64,000 bases of DNA. Origin: Gammaproteobacteria bacterium (GTDB lineage Bacteria > Pseudomonadota > Gammaproteobacteria > SZUA-229). Positions 10,603 to 20,671 of this stretch are shown here, one piece after another. The position numbers were made by a program, and so were the translations under genes. Under the pieces are notes generated by a model. The model made no database searches and was not told the origin of the DNA. It saw nothing but the letters and a program-made list of their open reading frames with translations. Each line of letters starts with the position of its first letter. Position 1 is the stretch's first letter. Location of the stretch: contig JASBSR010000007.1 in the NCBI GenBank assembly GCA_030148865.1, positions 642 to 64,641 of the forward strand, in the 5' to 3' direction.

Positions 10603-11982
10603 ATGAGTAAAACACGAGTCGTAACAGACAGTATGGGCGTGATCGAAATTCCGCAGGACGCCTGCTATGGTGCCCAGACCCAGCGCGCGATCAATAATTT
10701 TCCCATCAGTGGTCTGCGCCTGCCAGCCGCCTTTATTCATGCTCTGGCCGAGGTCAAACGCGCCTGCGCTGAGGCAAATCATACTCTCGACCAGCTGGAC
10801 GAAGCGCGTTGTCAGGCGATAAGCTGGATATCTGGCCGGATTATTGCTGGTGAGCTCGATGACCAGTTCCCGATTGATGTGTTCCAGACCGGTTCTGGCA
10901 CCAGCACCAATATGAATGCCAATGAAGTCATCGCCACGCTCGCCAGCAGCCAGCAGCTGGTGGTGCACCCCAATGATCACGTAAATATGAGCCAGAGTTC
11001 GAACGACGTGATTCCCACCAGTCTGCACCTGAGCGCGGTGCTGGCCTGTCGGCAGCGACTGTTACCGGCACTGGCGCAGCTCGAAACCTCAATAAACAAA
11101 CGCTCCGCTGAGCTGGCAGACGTGATCACGACCGGCCGCACTCATCTGATGGACGCTATGCCAGTGACCCTGGGACAGGCATTGTCGGCCTGGGCGGTGC
11201 AGATTCAGCTTGCGCAGCAGCGCATCGCGGCGGTATTGCCCGATATGCAACAGCTCGCCATTGGCGGCACTGCAGTCGGTACTGGCATCAATGCACCTGA
11301 AGCCTTCGGCGCCGAAGTCGCTGCTGCGCTGAGTCGCAGCACCGGAATAGAATTCAACACAGCGGCGAATCGCTTCGAACGTATGAGCGCACAGGATGCA
11401 GCGGTCTCGCTCAGTGGTCAGCTGAAAACGACAGCAGTGAGTCTGATGAAAATTGCCAACGACCTGCGCTGGATGAATAGTGGTCCACTCGCTGGCATCA
11501 GCGAGATTGCCTTGCCCGCGCTGCAGCCCGGTAGCAGCATCATGCCCGGCAAGGTCAACCCGGTGATACCCGAATCGGTTGCGATGGTGTGCGCGCGCGT
11601 TATCGGTAACGATACCTCGATCACCATTGCCGGTCAGTCGGGTAATTTTCAGCTCAATGTGATGCTGCCACTGGTGGCCTATGATCTATTGCAAAGCATC
11701 GAACTGCTGACAAACGCAGCGCGCATCCTCGGCGAACGCGCCATCGCCGGCTTTACCGTGAATTACGCCAATATCGAACAGACGCTGGCCAAAAACCCAA
11801 TTCTGGTGACAGCATTAAACCGCGTTATTGGTTATGAGCTGGGAGCAAAAATAGCCAAACAGGCTTATGCCGAGGGGCGGGCGGTGATTGATGTCGCCGA
11901 AGAATTAACCGATTTGAAGCGCGACGAACTCGAACGCCTGCTTTCACCTGCGCATCTGACCAGTGGTGGTGTGCAGGAATAA
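10603..11982 (+). CDS. fumC: Class II fumarate hydratase / aspartate ammonia-lyase family enzyme, overall closer to FumC
   Basis: The GSSIMPGKVN signature is present. HPNDHVNMSQSSNDVIPT, TGRTHLMDAMPVTLGQ and LAIGGTAVGTGIN match FumC. The NPVIPE loop and the Y in CYGAQTQR are aspartase-like. The ATG at 10603 is preferred over the TTG at 10582. Confidence 0.7.
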   Translation: MSKTRVVTDSMGVIEIPQDACYGAQTQRAINNFPISGLRLPAAFIHALAEVKRACAEANHTLDQLDEARCQAISWISGRIIAGELDDQFPIDVFQTGSGTSTNMNANEVIATLASSQQLVVHPNDHVNMSQSSNDVIPTSLHLSAVLACRQRLLPALAQLETSINKRSAELADVITTGRTHLMDAMPVTLGQALSAWAVQIQLAQQRIAAVLPDMQQLAIGGTAVGTGINAPEAFGAEVAAALSRSTGIEFNTAANRFERMSAQDAAVSLSGQLKTTAVSLMKIANDLRWMNSGPLAGISEIALPALQPGSSIMPGKVNPVIPESVAMVCARVIGNDTSITIAGQSGNFQLNVMLPLVAYDLLQSIELLTNAARILGERAIAGFTVNYANIEQTLAKNPILVTALNRVIGYELGAKIAKQAYAEGRAVIDVAEELTDLKRDELERLLSPAHLTSGGVQE

Positions 11983-12233
11983 TAAAATCATCGGCCAGCA
12001 AGCGGTTAAGTCGCTTTTTTGTGCTCAATAATTTTGAGCTTGCTGGTGATTTTTCTGATGTTTTCCGAATCGAGTGAGTCCAATGGCTGGTAGCGGATGA
12101 TATCCTTGATCGTGATTTTGGTGCTCATGGTTGTCTTGTGGTTTTCTATCGTCGTTATACGGTTGCGCAGGCAAGACTCATGAGTTACAGGCGAAACCTG
12201 AGGAAGGTAACAACGTGGGTTTGAATTTTTGTC

Positions 12234-13871
12234 TTAGCTCTGATCGCGTACGTCGATGAGTAGTTTGAGTTTTTGACCCGGCTGTAGATATTTACCCTTG
12301 ATGCTGTTCCAGCGGTGCAGATCGGCAACGCTGACGTGATAGCGATTTGCGATTCGCGCCAGTGAGTCACCGTTACGCACGGTGTAGGAAATTGTGCGCA
12401 GTGTGGCACCATTTGAAGGTAATGACAGGGGTCGGGCAGGCGCGCGGGTATTGGTCCAGACCACAAGCTTCTGGCCGTTTTTCAGCGGATCGCGCACCGC
12501 CATCGCGTTCCATTTCGCCAGTTGATGCATATCAACCTTATAGCTGCGCGAGATTTCCCAGAAACTTTCTCCGGGTTGTACGATATGGGTGAATCTGTTC
12601 TGACCGCGACTGGTATTCTGGATGCTTTGTTTACGCTGGCTGGCGGTCAGACTGTAGGCGGTACGGGCACGGCTGGCGATGGGGATCATCAGATAGCGGC
12701 CGGCGCGAATGTTATTGCCGCGGATTTTATTGACCTTGCACAGCTGTTTGACAGTCGTATTGTATTTCACCGCGATCTGGCTCAGGGTCTCGCCCGAATG
12801 AATCTTGTGGCGTTTCCAGCTCAGCCGCTGATCTTTCGGAAATTCCTTGATATTCTGCTCGAAGGTATAGGCGGCTTCTGCCGGCAGAATCAACTGGTGC
12901 GGACCATCCGGCGGTGTCGCCCAGCGATTAAAGGCCGGGTTATACATATATAAGGTCTCGGTATCGATATTCGCCAGCTCGGCGGCGAGCGCAAGATCGA
13001 TCTGTGAATCGACAGCGACGACGCGAAATCCCGGCGCGTAGGGAATGCAGTGCAAACTCAGATCATAAATCGCCGGATGGGTGATAATTTCCTTGAGCGC
13101 CAGTAGCTTAGGTACATAGGCCTGGGTTTCTGCAGGCAGTTGCAGATGCCAGAAATCGGTGGCCTGGCCGCGGGCCTGATTTTTTCGCACCGCACGGCGC
13201 ACATTACCTGCACCGGCATTGTAGGCGGCCAGCGCTTTCAGCCAGTCACCGTCGAACTGTTTACCTAAATTTTCCAGATAATCCAGCGCTGCCTGGGTTG
13301 AGGCGTGAATGTCACGGCGACCGTCGTACCACCAGTTCTGGCGCAGACCATAATGACGCCCGGTGGACGGAATGAACTGCCAGAGGCCGGCAGCGCGACC
13401 GTGAGAATAGGCGAAGGGCTGGAACGCACTCTCGACAATGGGTAACAGTGCCAGCTCGGTGGGCAGATGGCGTTTTTTAGCTTCGACCAGGATATAGTAC
13501 AGGAAGGGCTCTGCGCGGGTCATCACGCGGTCGAGATAATCCAGATGACTGCTATACCAGTCGAGCTGGGTCCGGGTTCTGGCTTTATCGAGGTCGGCCT
13601 CCAGAGCAAAGCCCGCGCGCAGGTGGTTCCACAGGGAATGGTCGTCGATTTCACCAATGGCGAATTCATCGACACTGGTGGTTGCTGGGCTCTCGCTGGC
13701 TGCGGCGAGTGCTGTCACCGCGTTGCCTGCGCTGATTTGCGCGGGCGTCACGCTGTTCGCAGCAGGGTTGTGAGTCAGTTGCTCGTCTACTTCCTGATGC
13801 ACACAGCCCAGCAACAGCACACTCAGGCTGGCGCAGGTGAGCGCATGCAATATGAGTCGTTTAATTTTCAA
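12234..13871 (-). CDS. mltD: Membrane-bound lytic murein transglycosylase D (lipoprotein with LysM repeats)
   Basis: Lipobox LLLGC, an SLT transglycosylase domain (ESAF..YS..GA.GLWQF) and C-terminal LysM repeats. Confidence 0.85.
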   Translation of the reverse strand: MKIKRLILHALTCASLSVLLLGCVHQEVDEQLTHNPAANSVTPAQISAGNAVTALAAASESPATTSVDEFAIGEIDDHSLWNHLRAGFALEADLDKARTRTQLDWYSSHLDYLDRVMTRAEPFLYYILVEAKKRHLPTELALLPIVESAFQPFAYSHGRAAGLWQFIPSTGRHYGLRQNWWYDGRRDIHASTQAALDYLENLGKQFDGDWLKALAAYNAGAGNVRRAVRKNQARGQATDFWHLQLPAETQAYVPKLLALKEIITHPAIYDLSLHCIPYAPGFRVVAVDSQIDLALAAELANIDTETLYMYNPAFNRWATPPDGPHQLILPAEAAYTFEQNIKEFPKDQRLSWKRHKIHSGETLSQIAVKYNTTVKQLCKVNKIRGNNIRAGRYLMIPIASRARTAYSLTASQRKQSIQNTSRGQNRFTHIVQPGESFWEISRSYKVDMHQLAKWNAMAVRDPLKNGQKLVVWTNTRAPARPLSLPSNGATLRTISYTVRNGDSLARIANRYHVSVADLHRWNSIKGKYLQPGQKLKLLIDVRDQS

Positions 13872-14001
13872 GAGAATCGCGTATTTTGTTAACTATTATT
13901 ATTCTGAGTATATGTCGGCAGAGAAAATCGGCAAGGAATACGCTGTGCGTGTATTATTCCACATTGAACTCATTCACGCACACCGTCACAGCTAAATACT
14001 C

Positions 14002-14454
14002 ATGCCAGAAAAAAAACAAAGCATTGTAATGTATACCGACGGTGCCTGTCGTGGAAACCCGGGTCCCGGCGGCTGGGGTGTCAGTCTGCGTTACAATGGA
14101 CACAATAAATGCCTGAATGGTTCCGAAGCCACGACTACCAATAATCGTATGGAGCTGATGGCAGCGATCAAAGGTCTGGAGGCGCTGACGCGTGCGTGTC
14201 AGGTCGAACTCTACACCGATTCCAGATACGTGTTACAGGGCATTACACAATGGCTGCCCGACTGGAAAAAACGCGGTTGGAAAACGGCGGCCAAAAAGCC
14301 GGTGAAAAATGTTGAGCTCTGGCAGCGTCTCGATACTGCCGTACAACAACATGACATCAATTGGCACTGGGTGAAAGGTCATTCGGGCAATGAAGGTAAT
14401 GAGCGGGCAGATGCATTAGCGAATCAGGCGATTGACGAACTGCTTGCGCAGTAA
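14002..14454 (+). CDS. rnhA: Ribonuclease HI
   Basis: Colinear with E. coli RnhA ([49 protein letters not shown]). Confidence 0.9.
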   Translation: MPEKKQSIVMYTDGACRGNPGPGGWGVSLRYNGHNKCLNGSEATTTNNRMELMAAIKGLEALTRACQVELYTDSRYVLQGITQWLPDWKKRGWKTAAKKPVKNVELWQRLDTAVQQHDINWHWVKGHSGNEGNERADALANQAIDELLAQ

Positions 14455-14517
14455 TGAAAAGCTTGTGCTCGAGCGCTTCTGTCAGGTACGAAAAATTAAA
14501 CTACGGGTTAAAAGGCT

Positions 14518-15213
14518 ATGCGCCAGATAGTGCTTGATACAGAAACCACTGGGCTCGATCCGTCACAGGGTCACCGTATTATTGAAATTGGTTGTGTCGA
14601 ACTTAATCGTCGCCGGCTTACTGGAAATAATTATCACGTTTATATTCAACCCGATCGAGATATCGACGAGGGTGCGCAACAGGTTCACGGCATCAGTAAT
14701 GAATTTCTCGCCGACAAACCGCATTTCGCCGATATTGTTGAGGGTTTGCTGGACTATTTGAAAGGTGCAGAGCTGATTATTCATAATGCGCCTTTCGATG
14801 TTGGCTTTCTCAATCATGAATTTAAATTAATTAACGGCGAAACCAATATTATCGAGACGCACTGCAATGTAATCGATACTCTGGTGATGGCGCGTAAAAT
14901 GCGGCCGGGTCAGAAAAACAATCTCGATGCGCTGTGTCGCCACTACGAAGTCAATAACGCCCAGCGCGAACTGCACGGTGCGCTACTCGATGCCGAGTTA
15001 CTCGCCGAAGTCTATTTGCGTATGACAGGGGGGCAGACGCAGATAGATCTTGCCGAAGAAGCAGCGGGAGATGCTGCGGCAGGGAATCGACAAGGTCGCA
15101 CGCTGGAAGCCAATCGCCCGGCGCTGCGTATCGTAAGTGCCACCGCAGACGAACTCAAGGCACATCAGGATATTCTGATAAAAATGGGCGATAACTGTCG
15201 CTGGTCGCGGTAA
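14518..15213 (+). CDS. dnaQ: DNA polymerase III epsilon subunit (3'-5' proofreading exonuclease)
   Basis: Exo I-III motifs are present (VLDTETTGL, HNAPFDVGFL, YHGALLDAELLAEVY). It follows rnhA. Confidence 0.9.
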   Translation: MRQIVLDTETTGLDPSQGHRIIEIGCVELNRRRLTGNNYHVYIQPDRDIDEGAQQVHGISNEFLADKPHFADIVEGLLDYLKGAELIIHNAPFDVGFLNHEFKLINGETNIIETHCNVIDTLVMARKMRPGQKNNLDALCRHYEVNNAQRELHGALLDAELLAEVYLRMTGGQTQIDLAEEAAGDAAAGNRQGRTLEANRPALRIVSATADELKAHQDILIKMGDNCRWSR

Positions 15214-15296
15214 AAGCTTATTTGCCACAGAGGATGCAGAGAGCTCTGAGAAAAACCATGGCTTTTGGTTAACAACACTTCATTATTATTCTTGTC

Positions 15297-15376
15297 ATTT
15301 CCGCAGGCTTTTGGCGGAAATCCATAAATCAAAATAGTCTGTCATCCCCGACAGAGACTTTCAGGGATGACAGACT
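15297..15376. terminator. Two tandem hairpins between convergent dnaQ and nhaD, likely a bidirectional terminator
   Basis: ATTTCCGC-n9-GCGGAAAT hairpin at 15297-15321. A perfect 12-bp stem GTCTGTCATCCC / GGGATGACAGAC with a 16-nt loop at 15337-15376. Both carry the GTCAT/ATGAC core of the dispersed repeat family. Confidence 0.55.
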
Positions 15377-15428
15377 CTACAACATCCATATTTTTCTCGT
15401 TTCTCCATGCGCCCTGTGGCTAATACTT

Positions 15429-16853
15429 TTACATCAAATTCGCATTCAGTACTAAATGTGCCCAGATGCTGGCGGCGTAGCCCAGGCCAATTGCCCAGGC
15501 CCATTTCAGGTGGCTGAAGAAAGTGTAGGTGCCGCGCGCCTGTCCCATCAGAGCTACGCCGGCAGCAGATCCTACCGAAAGCAAAGAGCCGCCGACACCA
15601 GCAGTCAGTGTTACCAATAACCATTGCCCCAGAGACATATCGGGGTTCATGCTAAGTACCGAAAACATCACCGGAATATTATCGACAACTGCAGACAATA
15701 TACCGACCATGATATTGGCCAGGGTGATGCCGAACTCGGGTGTGTAAATGGTCTGCGAAATTGTGCTGAGATAACCAAAAGCGCCGAGGCCACCGACGCT
15801 GAGTACCACGCCATAGAAAAACATCAGTGTGTCCCACTCGGATCGTTTAAGCTGATCAAAAATATCAAACGGCTTGTCTTCTTCTACTAGAACGCCACTG
15901 TCACTGACGAAATCCCACTTGCCCTGTTCTTTAAGTTTGAGAAAATAACCGTAGACTTTGAGCAGGCCCAGTCCTGTCATCATACCGAGCATGGGTGGCA
16001 GATGAAAAAAGTTGTGCACGCTTACAGCTAGTGCGATAGTGGTGATAAATAACGCGACTGTAATGTAGCCGCCGGTCCTGACCTTAACCTTCTCATCTGA
16101 TTTTTCGGGGATTGCGCTGGGGACGAAGAAACTCATGATCAGCGCAGGCACAAACCAGTTAATGACTGAGGGAATGAATAGTACAAAAAAATCATTAAAC
16201 TGGACCAGGCCTTTTTGCCAGACCATTAGTGTAGTGATGTCACCGAAGGGGCTAAACGCGCCACCGGCATTGGCGGCAACAACAATATTGATACAGCCGA
16301 GAGTGACAAATGCTTTATTATCACGAGCAATTGCCATGACTACAGCTGACATTACCAGAGCAGTCGTGAGGTTGTCAGCAATTGGTGAGATAAAAAACGC
16401 CAGCAAGCCGGTGACCCAGAAGATGGTGCGATAGGAAAAACCGCGCGACACGATGGCCGAACGCAGTGCGTCAAATACGCGGCGGTTCTGCATGGTGTTG
16501 ATGTAGGTCATCGCAGATAACAGGAACAACATGAGTTCGGCAAATTCGAGGATATTGTGCTTTAACAGAATGCCTGCAGACTCATTGTCGCCATGATCCA
16601 TATAGGCCATGGCGACCAGAATCCAGATGACACCGGCGGCGATGATCACAGGTTTTGATTTGCGTAAGTGCAAGAACTCTTCGCCGATTACCAGTAAATA
16701 GGCGCAGCTGAAAACCACGATGGCGATCAAGCCGTTCACGGTGGTGCTCAGATCCAGCATCCGGGCATCGGCTGATTCGGCAGCACTGGCGAAAACACTG
16801 CTGCTCATTATCGACAGCAACAGGGCGGTGGAGGCTTTCATTAAATTCATCAT
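15429..16853 (-). CDS. nhaD: NhaD-family Na+/H+ antiporter (ArsB/NhaD permease superfamily)
   Basis: 474-aa polytopic membrane protein with an N-terminal signal-like segment and the NhaD-type architecture. Confidence 0.65.
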   Translation of the reverse strand: MMNLMKASTALLLSIMSSSVFASAAESADARMLDLSTTVNGLIAIVVFSCAYLLVIGEEFLHLRKSKPVIIAAGVIWILVAMAYMDHGDNESAGILLKHNILEFAELMLFLLSAMTYINTMQNRRVFDALRSAIVSRGFSYRTIFWVTGLLAFFISPIADNLTTALVMSAVVMAIARDNKAFVTLGCINIVVAANAGGAFSPFGDITTLMVWQKGLVQFNDFFVLFIPSVINWFVPALIMSFFVPSAIPEKSDEKVKVRTGGYITVALFITTIALAVSVHNFFHLPPMLGMMTGLGLLKVYGYFLKLKEQGKWDFVSDSGVLVEEDKPFDIFDQLKRSEWDTLMFFYGVVLSVGGLGAFGYLSTISQTIYTPEFGITLANIMVGILSAVVDNIPVMFSVLSMNPDMSLGQWLLVTLTAGVGGSLLSVGSAAGVALMGQARGTYTFFSHLKWAWAIGLGYAASIWAHLVLNANLM

Positions 16854-16855
16854 AC

Positions 16856-17335
16856 TTATCGACTATGTTTAAGAGTGCGTTGTTTCTCGCGCTGCCAGTC
16901 GCGGTCTTTACTGGTGGCACGTTTGTCGTGTTCTTTTTTACCTTTGGCCAGGCCAAGCTTGAGTTTGGCGCGACCGTGTTTCCAGTATAGTGATAATGGA
17001 ACCAGGGTATACCCCTTGCGCTCGACCTGACCGATGAGGCGATAAATCTCGATGGCGTGCATCAATAGCTTGCGTGATCGCGTGGCGTCAGGACTGACAT
17101 GGCTGGAGGCTGACAGCAGGGGAGTAATATGACCACCAAACCACCAGAGCTCACCTTTTTTTACCACCACGTAACTTTCGTCCATCGACACCCGACCTGC
17201 GCGCAGGCTTTTGACTTCCCAGCCTTCCAGTGAAAGCCCGGCTTCGAACTGGTCTTCGATAAAATAGTCATGGCGCACCTTGCGGTTGAGCATGATGGTA
17301 TTCGCAGCAGTTTTCTTGTTGGGTTTCTTGGCCAT
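16856..17335 (-). CDS. smpB: SsrA-binding protein SmpB
   Basis: Clear SmpB match ([24 protein letters not shown] ... K. rich tail). Confidence 0.9.
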   Translation of the reverse strand: MAKKPNKKTAANTIMLNRKVRHDYFIEDQFEAGLSLEGWEVKSLRAGRVSMDESYVVVKKGELWWFGGHITPLLSASSHVSPDATRSRKLLMHAIEIYRLIGQVERKGYTLVPLSLYWKHGRAKLKLGLAKGKKEHDKRATSKDRDWQREKQRTLKHSR

Positions 17336-17471
17336 AGATCGCGATTCCGAGTGGGTGAGGAGTATACAGGCTGGGAATTTTTTTTACAGGCCAACCTGAT
17401 TGCGGTTGAGTCAGGGCGCGTTTTTGACCACAATGGGTAACAAAAAACGATATGAATCAACGGATCATTAG

Positions 17472-18848
17472 ATGACAACACCACGGAAATCTATCCACGG
17501 CCAATGGTCGGGCCGCATGGCCTTCATTCTCGCGGCCACTGGCTCTGCTGTCGGGCTGGGCAATATCTGGAAGTTCCCCTATATCGCCGGTGAACACGGT
17601 GGTGGCACCTTTGTGCTGGTCTATCTATTCTGTATTGCCCTGATCGGTGTACCGATCATGATCGCTGAAGTCATGCTGGGCCGGCGGGGTCAGCAGAGTC
17701 CGGTGAATACCATGGAATATCTTGCCTCTGAGGAAAAACGCAACGAGAGCTGGGTGTTACTCGGCTGGCTGGGGATTGTTGCCGGCTTTCTGATTCTCTC
17801 GTATTACAGCGTGATTGCGGGCTGGGCGCTATCTTATGTGTTTCGTACTGGCAGTGGCATGTTCCTGGGCGCGACGGCTGACGGCGTCAACAGTATTTTC
17901 AACAATCTGGTTTCAGACCCCGAACATCTTCTCGCCTGGCATACCATTTTCATGGTGATGACCATGGTGGTGGTGGCGCGCGGAGTAAAAAATGGTCTCG
18001 AAAAAGCCGTGACTTTCCTGATGCCGATGTTGTTTGGCCTGTTATTGCTGATCGTCGGCTATGCTATGACCACCGGGCATTTCCAGGAAGGCTTTGATTT
18101 CATGTTCATTCCCGGCAAAATCGATGGTAATGCTATCCTCATTGCCATGGGACATGCTTTTTTTACCCTCAGTCTGGGCATGGGCGCAATCATGGTCTAT
18201 GGCTCGTATTTGCCTAAAAGTACCTCGATCACTCAGGCCGCGTTCGCGATAGCTATTGCTGACACCACAGTGGCGCTGCTCGCCGGGCTGGCAATTTTTC
18301 CTATCGTATTCGCCAATGGCCTGGAGCCCGATAAAGGTCCAGGGCTGATTTTTCAGACCCTGCCGATTGCTTTCGGCCATATGGAAGGTGGCACCCTGAT
18401 CGGGGTTTCATTTTTCGTATTGCTGGTATTCGCGGCCTGGACTTCGGCGATTTCGTTGATCGAGCCCGCCGTCGCCTGGCTGGTGGAAAATCGTAATATG
18501 AGCCGCATTTACGCCTCGGTCTGGATCGGTGTGCTCACCTGGCTGCTGGGCCTGGGGTCGGTGTTTTCGTTTAATATCTGGAAAGATAACACCTGGAGCC
18601 TGCCATATTTATTCAAAGATGCGAACTTCTTCGACACCCTGGATTACCTCACCGCCAATATCATGCTGCCGCTGGGGGGATTATTCATCGCGATTTTTGC
18701 CGCCTGGCTGATGCGCGAAAGCTCGTCACGTGAGGAACTGGCGACCTGGCCACTGATATACCGTGGCTGGCATTTTCTTACCCGCTATGTGACACCGGTG
18801 GCGGTGCTGATCGTGTTTCTCAGCGCCATCGGCGTGATCAAGCTGTAA
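17472..18848 (+). CDS. Sodium-dependent transporter, neurotransmitter:sodium symporter (NSS/SNF) family
   Basis: The NSS N-terminal signature GSAVGLGNIWKFPY is present, in a 458-aa polytopic protein. Confidence 0.85.
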   Translation: MTTPRKSIHGQWSGRMAFILAATGSAVGLGNIWKFPYIAGEHGGGTFVLVYLFCIALIGVPIMIAEVMLGRRGQQSPVNTMEYLASEEKRNESWVLLGWLGIVAGFLILSYYSVIAGWALSYVFRTGSGMFLGATADGVNSIFNNLVSDPEHLLAWHTIFMVMTMVVVARGVKNGLEKAVTFLMPMLFGLLLLIVGYAMTTGHFQEGFDFMFIPGKIDGNAILIAMGHAFFTLSLGMGAIMVYGSYLPKSTSITQAAFAIAIADTTVALLAGLAIFPIVFANGLEPDKGPGLIFQTLPIAFGHMEGGTLIGVSFFVLLVFAAWTSAISLIEPAVAWLVENRNMSRIYASVWIGVLTWLLGLGSVFSFNIWKDNTWSLPYLFKDANFFDTLDYLTANIMLPLGGLFIAIFAAWLMRESSSREELATWPLIYRGWHFLTRYVTPVAVLIVFLSAIGVIKL

Positions 18849-18861
18849 TCCGGAGTATATT

Positions 18862-19305
18862 GTGGCCACCATACAACGCAGTGCGTTGGTACACTACACG
18901 CCAGCTGAAATGTACGCGCTGGTGAACGATGTTGCTGCCTATCCGGAATTTTTGCCCTGGTGCCGGTCGGCCAAGGTGCTGGTGAGTAGCGAGACAGAAA
19001 TGACCGCCAGTGTTGAAATTGCCAAAGGCGCGCTCAATCGCAGTTTTACCACGCACAATCAGCTGCAACCGCCGCAGCGTATTGTGCTGACACTGGTGGA
19101 CGGGCCGTTCAAGCGCTTGCAGGGCTGCTGGCAGTTTGACGCGCTGAAAACTGAGCAGGCCTGCAAGGTTTCATTGCAGCTCGAATTTGAGTTTGAGAGC
19201 AAAATGATGTCACTCGCGATTGGTCCCATATTTACCCAGATCGGCAATTCGCTGGTCGATGCATTCTGCAAACGTGCAGTCGAGGTTTACGGTGAGCGTG
19301 GTTGA
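18862..19305 (+). CDS. ratA: Ribosome-association toxin RatA / COQ10-like SRPBCC protein
   Basis: 147-aa SRPBCC/polyketide-cyclase fold protein. It sits in the conserved smpB-ratA-ratB-bamE neighbourhood. Confidence 0.8.
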   Translation: MATIQRSALVHYTPAEMYALVNDVAAYPEFLPWCRSAKVLVSSETEMTASVEIAKGALNRSFTTHNQLQPPQRIVLTLVDGPFKRLQGCWQFDALKTEQACKVSLQLEFEFESKMMSLAIGPIFTQIGNSLVDAFCKRAVEVYGERG

Positions 19306-19621
19306 AACTATTAATGTTGAAGTTGCCTATGCGCTGCCCGACAGGCAGCTTATCCTCGAAGTCAATGTCGATGCCGGCACCACGGTCGCTGGTGCGATTG
19401 TGCAGTCGGGTATCATGATGGAGTTTCCCGAACTTGATCTCGAGCACAGCGATGTCGGAATTTTCGGCAAGCAGAGTAAAATGGAAACTGTACTCGCTGA
19501 TGGTGATCGGGTGGAAATTTATCGTCCGCTGATTGCCGATCCCAAAGAAGTGCGGCGTAAACGCGCTGCCGAAGGCAAGGCGATGAAAAAGGGCGGTGGC
19601 ATACTGGCCGATGCTGGCTAA
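19292..19621 (+). CDS. ratB: RnfH-family ubiquitin-like protein RatB/YfjF (UPF0125)
   Basis: RnfH-like protein directly downstream of ratA. The GTG at 19292 has a GAGG ribosome-binding site 6 nt upstream and overlaps the ratA stop by 14 nt. Confidence 0.7.
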   Translation: MSVVETINVEVAYALPDRQLILEVNVDAGTTVAGAIVQSGIMMEFPELDLEHSDVGIFGKQSKMETVLADGDRVEIYRPLIADPKEVRRKRAAEGKAMKKGGGILADAG

Positions 19622-19663
19622 CGCCAGGGCTGTTTAGCAGGCGAAACGGCAGCGGGGAGGGAG

Positions 19664-20122
19664 CTAGTCGAGATCGCGAACCGGGTCGGCGGGTGAGGCG
19701 CGGTCGATTTCTACACCTTCTTCGTTGCGCTCGATGGGGGCGATATAGCTTGAGTCGTCGATGCGCTTGAGTGTGTCACCATCAAAAAATAGACTCACCC
19801 GCGATTGTTCGGGTTCGCCGCGACCCGGGATATAACGGTAGATATAATCCCAGCGCTCGCTGTGAAATGGATCGATCAGCGTCGGGCTGCCGATAATTTC
19901 AATAATTTTTTGTTTGCTCATACCCGGATGCAACTGCCTCAGGTTCTCCTGATTAATAGCATTTCCCTGAGTGAAATCAAGACGATGCGCGTTGGGTAAC
20001 CAGCTGGCACAGGCGCTGAGCAGGCTGCTAATGAGCAGCAGCGGCAAAATCAAACTTGTACCGTGGCAAGGAATAATGAGATTATGTATTTTCGACATGT
20101 GACTTAGAGCAGGTAGCGACAA
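19664..20122 (-). CDS. bamE: Outer membrane protein assembly factor BamE (SmpA/OmlA lipoprotein)
   Basis: Lipobox LLSAC followed by a BamE domain (FTQGN.I....L..L.PGMSK..I..I.GSP). Divergent from fur, as in Pseudomonas omlA-fur. Confidence 0.8.
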   Translation of the reverse strand: MSLPALSHMSKIHNLIIPCHGTSLILPLLLISSLLSACASWLPNAHRLDFTQGNAINQENLRQLHPGMSKQKIIEIIGSPTLIDPFHSERWDYIYRYIPGRGEPEQSRVSLFFDGDTLKRIDDSSYIAPIERNEEGVEIDRASPADPVRDLD

Positions 20123-20207
20123 CAGGTTCGCGAATACTACCGTATTTGTTCACCCTGTACAGTAAACCCGCACAGAAATTGAGCGACACATCTAGCGACT
20201 AGCAGTT

Positions 20208-20630
20208 ATGGAATCCAGCGATCTCAAAAAAGCCGGCCTCAAGGTCACTTTGCCAAGAATGAAGATTCTTCAGTTTCTGGAGAACTCGATGGTGCGTCAC
20301 CAGAGTGCTGAGGACATTTACCGATCTTTGCTCGATGATGGCGAAGAAATTGGCCTTGCGACGGTATATCGTGTGCTTACCCAGTTTGAGGCCGCCGGGC
20401 TGGTCTCGCGCCATCATTTCGAAGGTGGCCAGGCTGTATTCGAACTGGGGCAGGACGGCCATCACGATCACATTATTTGTGTTTCATGCGGTAAAGTTGA
20501 GGAGTTTTTTGATGAACTCATTGAAGCTCAGCAGATCAAAATCGCAAGCCAGCATGGCTACACAGTGACCGATCATAGTCTGACCCTGTACGGAAAATGC
20601 AGTGACTGCCAGAAGCAAGCTGGCAAATAA
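20208..20630 (+). CDS. fur: Ferric uptake regulator
   Basis: Strong Fur match (LKKAGLKVTLPR.KIL, SAEDIY, ATVYRVL.QFE.AGL, HHDHIIC..CGKV.EF). Confidence 0.9.
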   Translation: MESSDLKKAGLKVTLPRMKILQFLENSMVRHQSAEDIYRSLLDDGEEIGLATVYRVLTQFEAAGLVSRHHFEGGQAVFELGQDGHHDHIICVSCGKVEEFFDELIEAQQIKIASQHGYTVTDHSLTLYGKCSDCQKQAGK

Positions 20631-20671
20631 GGCCATAACAATTCGACTATCTTCATCGGGCTTTCAGTGAA

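Noticed and set aside
12347-12953. Plus-strand ORFs of 81 and 143 aa inside mltD
   Set aside because: Antisense to the LysM/SLT-domain gene, with no motifs.
17336-17471. Possible ssrA (tmRNA) next to smpB
   Set aside because: The 136-bp gap is far too short for tmRNA and lacks the tRNA-like ends. ssrA must be elsewhere.
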